Assembly: GCA_013177935.1 (NCBI GenBank)
Contig: JABLXZ010000001.1
Coordinates: 386,191 to 450,190, forward strand
Length of the DNA: 64,000 bases
Direction: 5' to 3'
Source of the DNA: a candidate division WOR-3 bacterium
Lineage (GTDB): Bacteria; Hydrothermota; Tepidihabitantia; Tepidihabitantales; Tepidihabitantaceae
This document shows, one piece after another, positions 9,039 to 17,543 of the stretch; positions within the stretch are counted from its first letter, which is position 1, and every line of letters begins with the position of its first letter. The position numbers were made by a program, and so were the translations under genes. Below the pieces are notes generated by a model. That model worked only from the letters and a program-made list of their open reading frames with translations, did no database searches and was not told the DNA's origin.

Positions 9039-11158
9039 AAACAAATAATTTGGACTTTATCTTCAAGCCCCGTTCTGTTGCGGTTATCGGTGCCTCGAGC
9101 AAAGAAGGTTCGGTAGGTCGCGCCCTGTTCGCTAATATCCTTTTTAACGGTTACACCGGCGTTGTTTTTCCCGTTAATCCACGCGCGAAGAGCATTTTGG
9201 GCGTCAAAGCCTACCCTTCAATTCTGGACATCGAAGATGAGATCGACCTTGCGATACTCATTGTCCCAGCAATAACCGTACCGGCGGTGCTGGCTGAATG
9301 TGGCCAGAAAAAGGTAAAAGGTGCCATCGTCATTTCTGCCGGGTTTAAAGAACTCGGTGCCACCGGTGCAGCACTGGAGCAGGCGGTTAAGGAAAGAGCC
9401 CGCACCTGGGGTATTCGCCTTATCGGACCAAACTGTTTTGGAATGATAAACACCAGCCCGGCAGTACGGCTGAACACCACCTTCGGTCGTGTGATGCCCC
9501 GAACCGGAAACATCGCCCTGATTTCTCAATCCGGTGCAGTCGGTGTTAACGCACTCGAATATGCCGAATCCGAAGAGGTGGGTCTTTCTAAATTTATCTC
9601 AATTGGCAATAAAGCGGACATAAACGAGTGTGACCTGCTCGAATATTTGAAGGACGACGAAGAAACTGATGTCATTGCGCTCTATCTTGAAGATTTAGTT
9701 AACCCGCCGGAATTTATGCGCATTGCTCGAGAAATAACATCTCATGCCAAAAGACCCAAACCGATTCTTGCCATCAAAGCGGGTCGGACAAGCGAAGGCG
9801 CCCGTGCCGCATCTTCCCACACCGGTGCCCTTGCCGGTTCAGACGAGGCATACAACGCCTTTTTTGCCCAGGCACGCATCCTGCGAGTTGACACGGTAAG
9901 TGAGTTAATCGCCAAAGCTGCGGTCCTTGCCTACCAGCCTCCGCCGCGCGGTCCCCGAGTGGCAATCATCACCAATGCCGGTGGTGTAGGAATTATGGCA
10001 ACCGATGCCTGTGTACGATACGGACTAAAAATCGCACCATTAACCGAAAAAACCCGCACCGAACTTAAAAAGGTCCTGCCGCCAGCAGCTGCGATTAACA
10101 ACCCGGTCGATATCATCGGCGATGGTGATGCCAATCGCTATCGCGCCGCATTTCGTATCCTCCTTCAGGACGAAAATATCGACGGCATAATCCCGATATG
10201 GACACCAACCGTGATGGCAGAAGCGATTGATGTTGCCAATGTCATTGCCGAAGAAGCCCAAAATACAGATAAGCCCATTATCGCCTGCATTCAAACAATG
10301 GGTGACAACACCGCAATCCGTCGTGCCTTACTCCGCGTTCGAATCCCGCATTTTCTCTTTCCAGAAAATGCGGCTCGCGCCCTGGCAACGATGGCGGAAT
10401 TCGGCCGATTAAGCCGCCGTCCACCCGGAGAGGTTGTCAAATTTGGTGATGTTCAACCCGACCAAGTCCGCCAGATTGTTAACCGGGCAAAAAAGCGGCC
10501 CCGCCCGTTCATCTCAGAACCCGAATGCCATCAAATCCTTAAAGCCTACGGAATACCGGTAGCAGAATTCGAACTTGCCACCAACATTACTGAGGCATTA
10601 GCGCTCGCCCAGAAAATCGGTTATCCGGTTGCGATTAAAATTGTTTCTCCAGACATCATTCACAAGACCGATTTTGGTGCGGTTCGCATTAACATCACCA
10701 ATAACGAACAACTCAAAGAGTCCTATACCGCAATGATGGAAACGGTAAAGAACAAAAAGCCTGATGCCGAAATCTGGGGTGTAATGATTCAAAAGATGGC
10801 ACCAAGCGGTGGATTGGAAACAATCCTCGGAATGAAACGCGACCCTCATTTTGGTCCCCTGTTGATGTTTGGGCTGGGTGGAATTTTAGTTGAAGTCCTT
10901 AAAGATGTTGTTTTCCGGGTTGCGCCGGTAAACGACCTCTCTGCCGAGTCAATGATTACCGGAATCAGGGCACATCGCCTCCTTGAACCGTTTCGGGGAA
11001 AACCGGCACGCGACAAACAGAAGATTAAAGAGTCGATTCAGCGCCTGTCGCAGCTAGTTATGGACTTTCCGGAATTTGACGAAATTGATATCAACCCGCT
11101 CTTTGTTTATGAAGAAGGTAAAGGGGCGCTGGTGATTGACGCCCGGATTTTGCTTTAA
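9035..11158 (+). CDS. ADP-forming acetate/acyl-CoA ligase, alpha-beta fusion
   Basis: PRSVAVIGAS, GPNC.G, SQSGA, catalytic-His motif SSHTGALAG, NNPVD; ATP-grasp HKTD.G.V and EIDINP. Confidence 0.92.
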   Translation: MKTNNLDFIFKPRSVAVIGASSKEGSVGRALFANILFNGYTGVVFPVNPRAKSILGVKAYPSILDIEDEIDLAILIVPAITVPAVLAECGQKKVKGAIVISAGFKELGATGAALEQAVKERARTWGIRLIGPNCFGMINTSPAVRLNTTFGRVMPRTGNIALISQSGAVGVNALEYAESEEVGLSKFISIGNKADINECDLLEYLKDDEETDVIALYLEDLVNPPEFMRIAREITSHAKRPKPILAIKAGRTSEGARAASSHTGALAGSDEAYNAFFAQARILRVDTVSELIAKAAVLAYQPPPRGPRVAIITNAGGVGIMATDACVRYGLKIAPLTEKTRTELKKVLPPAAAINNPVDIIGDGDANRYRAAFRILLQDENIDGIIPIWTPTVMAEAIDVANVIAEEAQNTDKPIIACIQTMGDNTAIRRALLRVRIPHFLFPENAARALATMAEFGRLSRRPPGEVVKFGDVQPDQVRQIVNRAKKRPRPFISEPECHQILKAYGIPVAEFELATNITEALALAQKIGYPVAIKIVSPDIIHKTDFGAVRINITNNEQLKESYTAMMETVKNKKPDAEIWGVMIQKMAPSGGLETILGMKRDPHFGPLLMFGLGGILVEVLKDVVFRVAPVNDLSAESMITGIRAHRLLEPFRGKPARDKQKIKESIQRLSQLVMDFPEFDEIDINPLFVYEEGKGALVIDARILL

Positions 11159-11196
11159 CGATTGTAGTCTTTCGAGGTTTTCGGCAGGCAGGTAAA

Positions 11197-11269
11197 TGGA
11201 GCTGACCCGATTCGAACGGGCGACCCCCTGCTTGCAAAGCAGGTGCTCTCCCAACTGAGCTACAGCCCC
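11197..11269 (-). tRNA. tRNA-Ala (TGC), 3' CCA not encoded
   Basis: GGGGCTGTAGCTCAGTTGGGAGAGCACCTGCT-TGC-AAGCAGG...GTTCGAAT...CAGCTCCA; G3:U70 pair; cloverleaf folds. Confidence 0.97.
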
Positions 11270-11315
11270 TTATCAGTATAATAATCAATGTAATCTTTTC
11301 GTCAAGTGAAATCGT

Positions 11316-12515
11316 TTAGATTCTAATAACCGATTTGGGAACCGCTACTCTTGGGAAAGCCGCGTAACCAATTGCCAGTCTTACCTCAACCCCCTTTCCG
11401 AAAAACAACAGACCACCAACCTCCTTAATTCCCAGCCGAAAACTCCAACCCCTCAGATTTAAACCGGTATTTATGCCCGTAATAACCCCAAAGCGGTTAT
11501 CATATCCGATGGTTAAACAAATCGGCACCAGTTTCTTGACTGTCACTTCTGATATGAGTTCGGCGGTGAATCGACTTAAACCGAAAGGTTCTAAGTCTAA
11601 AACCGGATGCAAAATGACACCCGCATTAACACCCGGTTGGATTTGATACCCTATGCTCATATTTAATTTAATCGGTAAGTAAGTTAAAACCTCATTACTA
11701 CTGACCCGATTTACTCGAGAGTAAACCTTATCTGAGCCCGCAAATAGTTCGTAAAGATTGGCTGAATCAACTCTGAATGTCCAGTACCCCTCCTCAACCT
11801 GTTCGTGCCACACTATCCCAGGACTCAGGTCAAATACCGCCAGTCCAAGGTAAAGTCGAGCTTTCTGATAGGCACCACCCACATCAATGCTCCAGCCACT
11901 ACCACCCTGTGCTTTCAAATAACCAACACAACCTTCGCCCGTAAAACCTTCCCGGGTTGTAACAATCCGTGCCTCATGATTAAGAAGCTGACTATAGAAC
12001 AGACCACGGATATAATTAAAAGATGCGCCCACTAAAAAATTCCCCCAGCGTTTGCCTGTTCCTATTCCTGACCGCAACAACGCGGTGAACTTTGCCCGCG
12101 CACCATTTGAACTGTACATCCGGTCTAACTCATTGCCATTTAGAATTAAATCAATCAGGCCTTTGGGCAATACCACTTCGGCACCGGCATCGCTTCGGAC
12201 CGAAACCGCAAAATTCCGGTAACTGAACCGGGGCATTGCTCCATTAATTTCCGTGTTCATTGCCAGTCCGCTCCTTGGTACCGATTTTAATAGCAATCTC
12301 TTTGCCGTCTCGTCAATAAACGCTCCGCTATAACGATTATATTGGACGATGTTGAAGGCGTTGTTTTTCAGTCCCGCGGTCAAATCAACAATCTCGCAGG
12401 AAAAAATCGGGTTTTCTGGTAACCCGAGATTAGCCGGATTTATCAAAAGGGCATTACTTCCCGTACTAAAAACAGGATTCAAGACACCAAGCGTTAAACA
12501 AAGAATATTCAGCAT
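11316..12515 (-). CDS. Putative outer-membrane beta-barrel (DUF5723/FadL-PorV-like)
   Basis: Signal peptide, NPANLG plug motif, alternating amphipathic strands, G.G.SIDVG. Confidence 0.6.
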   Translation of the reverse strand: MLNILCLTLGVLNPVFSTGSNALLINPANLGLPENPIFSCEIVDLTAGLKNNAFNIVQYNRYSGAFIDETAKRLLLKSVPRSGLAMNTEINGAMPRFSYRNFAVSVRSDAGAEVVLPKGLIDLILNGNELDRMYSSNGARAKFTALLRSGIGTGKRWGNFLVGASFNYIRGLFYSQLLNHEARIVTTREGFTGEGCVGYLKAQGGSGWSIDVGGAYQKARLYLGLAVFDLSPGIVWHEQVEEGYWTFRVDSANLYELFAGSDKVYSRVNRVSSNEVLTYLPIKLNMSIGYQIQPGVNAGVILHPVLDLEPFGLSRFTAELISEVTVKKLVPICLTIGYDNRFGVITGINTGLNLRGWSFRLGIKEVGGLLFFGKGVEVRLAIGYAAFPRVAVPKSVIRI

Positions 12516-12517
12516 GG

Positions 12518-14473
12518 TTATTTGGGATTGCGATTAACCCGTATTCGGACTTCTACAGTTGCGTCCAGTTTTATCTGGTCATTGGTATAAACAACCACTG
12601 TATCGGTTGGTGGGAACTCGAATATCAATCCGGCACTCAAAGAACAACTTCGGAACACAGTAACCGCCATGCTGTCAAGACAAACTGAGATTGCTGTATC
12701 CCGCTCGGCAACACATCTCCCCTGGTTATTAACCACCCCGGACGGTACAACAAATGGAATTGTAACGGAATCGACAAGAACATTCGGTTCGCTCAAAGAA
12801 CCTGGTTTTAACACCAGCCGCCCATTCATCCCAAACGGCAGTGCCGTCTTCAACCTGACTCCTGCTTGGCCATCAACAAGATAGTTTTGAACCGATTGCC
12901 GTTCTTCTTCTGACAATTCAATCCTTTTATCGGGCAAAATTACCGTATCCGGTACAAATGCCAGTCGCATTGGAACATTCAAAACTGCCGTCCCGGAAAC
13001 TAACTGTCCACTCTCAAATCGACCGTACCCCCTCATCCGGACGTTGTATTCGCAGGTGATAAAATCCGGCCCGGAGTTAAGTAGCGTTGTTATCGGAAAT
13101 GTGCGTTCAAAAGTACCGGGCTGGTTTCTTTGTCCCTGCATTACGGTAATCACATCTTCAACAGTTGCCACTATTTGCTGATTCTTTATTGCCTTTAAAG
13201 CAACAAAGACATCCATTGGAAAACCAACGCCATTTTCTCCTGCCAACACCAGCTGTGCTGTGGAAAACCGTACACCGTGTAAGTTAAAAGGTACCAATTC
13301 GGGTAACGTCTCAACATGGGAAAAAACGTACACTGGTTCCCGGAACATCCCGACAAGAAACCGCGGTTTAGCGTCAAGAATTACATAACCGATGTCCACC
13401 GCACAATCTTTTGTCACATCAACAAATTCTCCACGGGAGTCAAACCTTATCCGCATCTGGAGTTCGAGTATTCCACCCGTTTTCCGTAAATTATCGATTC
13501 CAACCTCTGCCAGATTGAATTCAGCCGTCACCCCTTCTCCCGCCTCAACCATTCGGGACGAACTAACACCAATCTTACGAAAGTCATAGTTAAGAGTCAT
13601 TGCTGCCGGTAAACGGTTACCAACCGTAAAAACGCATTGGCCTTGTGATAGAACAAGACTGTCAATTCTTAAGGGGTTACGCGCGACCATCTTTATTTCT
13701 ATTTTTTTCTCGGCTTGAGCATCAACAACTTTAAATCGGCCGCCTCCAATTCTAAGTGACTCCGGTTCTATGTTTATCACAAGACTATCCTGGGGGAAAA
13801 TTCTTACCGTATCCCGACCACTCCCTATTGAATGGACGGCAACATCGAAATCAATTGGATTAACCGCCCTTGCTCCTCCCAATCTTAACTTCTCTTCCCG
13901 AAACTCTCCGACTCTAATACTGCCGAGATGGACTACCCTCCCCAATAGTTTAATATCAATCGAATCAAAATTGAGCGGTGTCCGATTTTCGAGTCGCACA
14001 ATAACCACACCTTCGAGGATGTCAACGGTCTGAATATTCTCGAGGACACAGTGCTTCTCAAAAATATTACTAAACGGCCCAACCTGTAACTCCAAACCCG
14101 AATCGGGAATCGGTCCAAAAATTTCCTCACAGCTTATCCCATCCCTACCGCTGCCTAAGTTGGAAAAAACGAAATCTTCCAACCCGATTTTTTCTCTCTC
14201 TTCAATGGTAAGCAAAGAAACAGCGTTATCAACCGCCACGGGTCCCCATCGATGGGTAAGATTGATTACAAAAGATGAATCAGGCTGAATCTGGAACTTT
14301 TCACTGTTTGACAGAAGTTCACCTAAACGAATCGTACGCTGATAAACTGGTATTATCAGACTGACATCCCATTGTGGCAATGCTGGTGGCTTAAGGCAAG
14401 AGCCACCAAAGGCAATGAGCATCAAAAGAGTAAAAGTAAAATATTTGAATCTACACCCCTTTACCCTCAACAT
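12518..14473 (-). CDS. Large beta-rich lipoprotein of unknown function
   Basis: Strong RBS GAGAAGGAGG before ATG 14473; lipobox-like FGGSC followed by P..WDV.L.IP. Its stop lies 2 bp from the beta-barrel start. Confidence 0.65.
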   Translation of the reverse strand: MLRVKGCRFKYFTFTLLMLIAFGGSCLKPPALPQWDVSLIIPVYQRTIRLGELLSNSEKFQIQPDSSFVINLTHRWGPVAVDNAVSLLTIEEREKIGLEDFVFSNLGSGRDGISCEEIFGPIPDSGLELQVGPFSNIFEKHCVLENIQTVDILEGVVIVRLENRTPLNFDSIDIKLLGRVVHLGSIRVGEFREEKLRLGGARAVNPIDFDVAVHSIGSGRDTVRIFPQDSLVINIEPESLRIGGGRFKVVDAQAEKKIEIKMVARNPLRIDSLVLSQGQCVFTVGNRLPAAMTLNYDFRKIGVSSSRMVEAGEGVTAEFNLAEVGIDNLRKTGGILELQMRIRFDSRGEFVDVTKDCAVDIGYVILDAKPRFLVGMFREPVYVFSHVETLPELVPFNLHGVRFSTAQLVLAGENGVGFPMDVFVALKAIKNQQIVATVEDVITVMQGQRNQPGTFERTFPITTLLNSGPDFITCEYNVRMRGYGRFESGQLVSGTAVLNVPMRLAFVPDTVILPDKRIELSEEERQSVQNYLVDGQAGVRLKTALPFGMNGRLVLKPGSLSEPNVLVDSVTIPFVVPSGVVNNQGRCVAERDTAISVCLDSMAVTVFRSCSLSAGLIFEFPPTDTVVVYTNDQIKLDATVEVRIRVNRNPK

Positions 14474-14505
14474 CGTTTTCCTCCTTCTCCCCCGGTAAAT
14501 CTTAC

Positions 14506-15152
14506 AGGAGCCGCGGCTACCCTGTGAGCGTTCCAGAGTGCCTGATATTTTAAAAAGGCGGCATGCTCTCCCCATTTAAAAAAGGTATAGAACACCCTTC
14601 AGGCGTACCGCAGCTCCTTCAAATAATGGGGTCCACCGGGCGTAGAAAAGGGGCCGATTATGGTAGGACTTGGGCGTGGGCTTCTAAAATCCCAAGAAGG
14701 AGGCTAAGATGCCGGCCCCAGGAGATAATCTTAAGGCGGACCCCAAAGGTTACTGGTTAAACCTTAACTTCTCCATCCTGTAAGGAGCATCCCCTTGTCT
14801 CGAGCTCGGTCAAAGGTCCTCTTCTTTTTGTCTTGCTCCTTCATTTTACCAACTACCATCCGGGGTCCGCTTATCTATGGGTCATTATCCCTCCTTCCCA
14901 AAAGGGATAATGGTATCCCTCCTTCCGCAACCCACCAATTTTGAAGACGAGTAAACTATGGAGTACTAATATTTCGGGTGCGCCTCAATGGCAACAGAAC
15001 AGAGAGCAGAGAGAACAATGCGCTTCCTCTCGACTCCGTAGCTACCCGTCTTACAGAATTGTACTCAATTTATGAGGCAGCCCGGTGGACCCAGAAACTC
15101 CCGTTTGTAAAGAGCAAACTTATTGACAAAAATTCAACGGAACTCTGTCAAT
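14506..15152 (-). ncRNA. Large structured non-coding RNA or 5' leader, family unassigned
   Basis: Nested inverted repeats, including a perfect 13-bp closing stem 14629-14641/15080-15092. Most mismatches become G-U pairs only on the minus strand. No credible long ORF. Confidence 0.7.
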
Positions 15153-15202
15153 TTCACCTAACCCCTTCCCGCTTCTCATTAAAAACACCGAAAGCAAATA
15201 AA

Positions 15203-15218
15203 TGCATTATCTGTGCCA
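15203..15218 (-). promoter_or_regulatory. Sigma54 (-24/-12) promoter
   Basis: Minus strand TGGCAC-AGATA-ATGCA (GG-N10-GC), one mismatch from TGGCAC-N5-TTGCA; predicted +1 near 15192. Confidence 0.7.
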
Positions 15219-15235
15219 CCAACCACCTGAAATTC

Positions 15236-15347
15236 TAACACATCAAAACACAATAAGTTAGAACAACAACCGAAACAATATTGTTTAATGCGACCGCACT
15301 TACTAAAGTGCGTCAAGGACAATAACTAACACAAAATCAATATGTTA
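15236..15347. promoter_or_regulatory. IHF-like sites and a palindromic enhancer-like site upstream of the sigma54 promoter
   Basis: CTAAC-N17-GTTAG (15236-15262); palindrome CGCACTT-ACTA-AAGTGCG (15295-15312); AATCAA-TATG-TTA (15335-15347) matches WATCAANNNNTTR. Confidence 0.5.
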
Positions 15348-15535
15348 ACAAATTGCGACAGGTTGTTACTGAGCCCTCAGCAGATTGTGAAAAAATGAAA
15401 TTTCTGTGTCGAGACAAAAGATTAAAACAACCATTACTCTTACTCTAATATGACATTGACATGCCGAGTAACAATTATTTTGACAATTACTTGAACCGCA
15501 ATATCATTTAAAATATGGCTATGAAAGGAGTATTG

Positions 15536-17539
15536 ATGAAACCAAGAATTGTTTTTTTTATCCTTACAACCCTTACGATGGCAAGTACCAATATTGACCA
15601 GTCCAGAGACCTTGTACGGATTGTAGGAGCCGGTCGCGATGAGATGCGCGCATTAGCAAAAATCGGAGTAATCGTCAACTACATTGACAACCGTGGTGTA
15701 GTTGCTGAGGCAACGCTTGATGAGCAGGAGAAATTAAGAAGTAGCGGTTTTTCAATCGAAATTCTTACCCGAAACATTACCAGGGTATATGAGCAAAACT
15801 GTCTCGCCTCTGCCAGCGATGGTCGCTATTTAACCTATAGTGAGTTCCGGGACACAATGGCAATAATCGCCCAGAACAACTCTAATATTTGCAAACTGGA
15901 AACACTGGGTTTGAGTTATAATGGTAGTTTAATCCTTATAATGAAAATCTCAGATAACCCTCAAAGCGATGAAAATGAACCGGTAGTTCATTTCGAAGGA
16001 GATATCCACGGCGATGAGAAAATCGCTTGGGCGATAGTATTCGAACTGATAAAATACCTTGTTCAAAACTACGGCACCGACACCCTTGTTACTCGACTGG
16101 TGAACGACCGGGAAATTTACCTTCTACCAATGTACAATCCCGATGGCTTTATCGCGGGCCGCCGTTACAATGGGAACAATGTTGACTTAAATCGTAACTG
16201 GGGCTGGATGTGGGGTGATGAAGTAAATCAGGGCGCCGCCCCATTTTCCGAACCGGAAAATAGAGCGGCTTTAGCACACATCTGGCGTAATCCGGCGGTG
16301 ATTTATGTCTCATATCACGCCGGCACTACCTTCATCTCCCACCCTTGGAGTTATTGCTTCTCTTATCAAAACACTATTCCGGAACTGCCCCTGATTCAAT
16401 TTCTATCTGCCCGCTATGACGCCTTCACCCACTACCACTATGGCCAGGGTCCAGACACGATGTATTTAATTAATGGCTCAACCAAAGATTTTGACTATGG
16501 CTATGGAATGATGGGCTGGTCAATTGAGGTTCACATTCAGAAAACCCCGCCTGCCTCCGAAATTGACCAGACTTTCAATTTGAACAAGCCGGCAATGCTT
16601 GCCTTGATACGCCACGCCGGTCAGGGAATTAGGGGTACTATTACCGATGCAGCAACGGGCGAACCAGTTCCCTGCCAAATCTGGATCAGCCCAGCAAACT
16701 GGGTAAGTTATAACGACCCGGAACTGGGTGATTTTCACCGATTTTATCTTCCCGGAACCTATCAGTTAACATTTCGTGCGCCCGGATACCGGGAAACCAC
16801 CTTGACCGATGTTGTTGTACCCGATTCTGGAGACTCAGTGACAACGGTTGATGTCCAGTTAACCCCGGACCCATCAGCACCGCTTTTTGCCTTCCGCCAT
16901 ATCTACAACAACTATGTCAACCCATCAGTAAATCGGACCTATCCAGTTCGGTCGCTTGGTCCTCACGATGGTAATGGGTTCCGGCTCGACAATGGCAAGT
17001 ACATCTGTCTTGATATGTCCACACCGATTCGTAATCAAGATGGTATGGACTTAGTTGTCTATCGCTCCGCGGGCAGCGGTACGGCGTTGGTTCAAGGGGC
17101 GAATGATTGGCAAGGATTATGGACCGATATTGGCACCGCCCAAACCAACCAGAGTTTGTTTGACATTGGTGCTGTTGGCTTGGACAGCATCCGCTACATA
17201 AAAGTCACCGCCTCGGGCGAATTTCATCTCGATGCGATTGAAGGGGTAAGCAATGTTGGCATCAGTATGTCTCAACCTCAAGCACCCGAGCCGTTTGTTA
17301 TTAAACCCCACTGTAACCCTACCGCCTTGCCAGTAAAATTTACAACAACCAACTATGCAACACAGAATGGGGCGCTAAAAATTTTTGACCTGAGCGGACA
17401 ACTCATTGCAAGCGTACCGGTATTAAGCAACCAGTTACTCTGGAACGGGAAAGACCGGAATGGGAATACGGTCAGCCCCGGCGTATATTTTGTCCGCTTT
17501 GACGGTGCTCACCCGCTGCGGATAATAATAACGAGGTGA
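15536..17539 (+). CDS. Secreted M14 zinc carboxypeptidase with FlgD-like/T9SS-type C-terminal domain
   Basis: IHGDE, NPDG, DLNRNW, SYHAG, WSIEV; tail IFDLSGQL...WNGKD..G..V.PGVYFV. AAGGAG RBS before ATG 15536. Confidence 0.9.
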   Translation: MKPRIVFFILTTLTMASTNIDQSRDLVRIVGAGRDEMRALAKIGVIVNYIDNRGVVAEATLDEQEKLRSSGFSIEILTRNITRVYEQNCLASASDGRYLTYSEFRDTMAIIAQNNSNICKLETLGLSYNGSLILIMKISDNPQSDENEPVVHFEGDIHGDEKIAWAIVFELIKYLVQNYGTDTLVTRLVNDREIYLLPMYNPDGFIAGRRYNGNNVDLNRNWGWMWGDEVNQGAAPFSEPENRAALAHIWRNPAVIYVSYHAGTTFISHPWSYCFSYQNTIPELPLIQFLSARYDAFTHYHYGQGPDTMYLINGSTKDFDYGYGMMGWSIEVHIQKTPPASEIDQTFNLNKPAMLALIRHAGQGIRGTITDAATGEPVPCQIWISPANWVSYNDPELGDFHRFYLPGTYQLTFRAPGYRETTLTDVVVPDSGDSVTTVDVQLTPDPSAPLFAFRHIYNNYVNPSVNRTYPVRSLGPHDGNGFRLDNGKYICLDMSTPIRNQDGMDLVVYRSAGSGTALVQGANDWQGLWTDIGTAQTNQSLFDIGAVGLDSIRYIKVTASGEFHLDAIEGVSNVGISMSQPQAPEPFVIKPHCNPTALPVKFTTTNYATQNGALKIFDLSGQLIASVPVLSNQLLWNGKDRNGNTVSPGVYFVRFDGAHPLRIIITR

Positions 17540-17543
17540 TTGT

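Noticed and set aside
11160..11316. tRNA-Ala or tRNA-Leu as island integration sites; ORFs 11054-11254 and 11091-11288
   Set aside because: No duplicated tRNA 3' end or integrase seen; the ORFs just read through the tRNA.
14506..15152. Structured region as RNase P RNA, tmRNA, SRP, 6S or OLE RNA
   Set aside because: No GAGGAAAGUCC/ACAGAA.CCGGC, no tRNA-like T-arm or CCA end, no SRP GNRA domain, and too large and branched for 6S. It is not in the xseB-ispA context typical of OLE. An Rfam search is still needed.
14563..15238. ORFs 14563-14760(+) and 14978-15238(+), and the 14575 extension of the lipoprotein
   Set aside because: No RBS or recognisable protein features; they overlap RNA stems and the sigma54 box. 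The strong RBS is at 14473.
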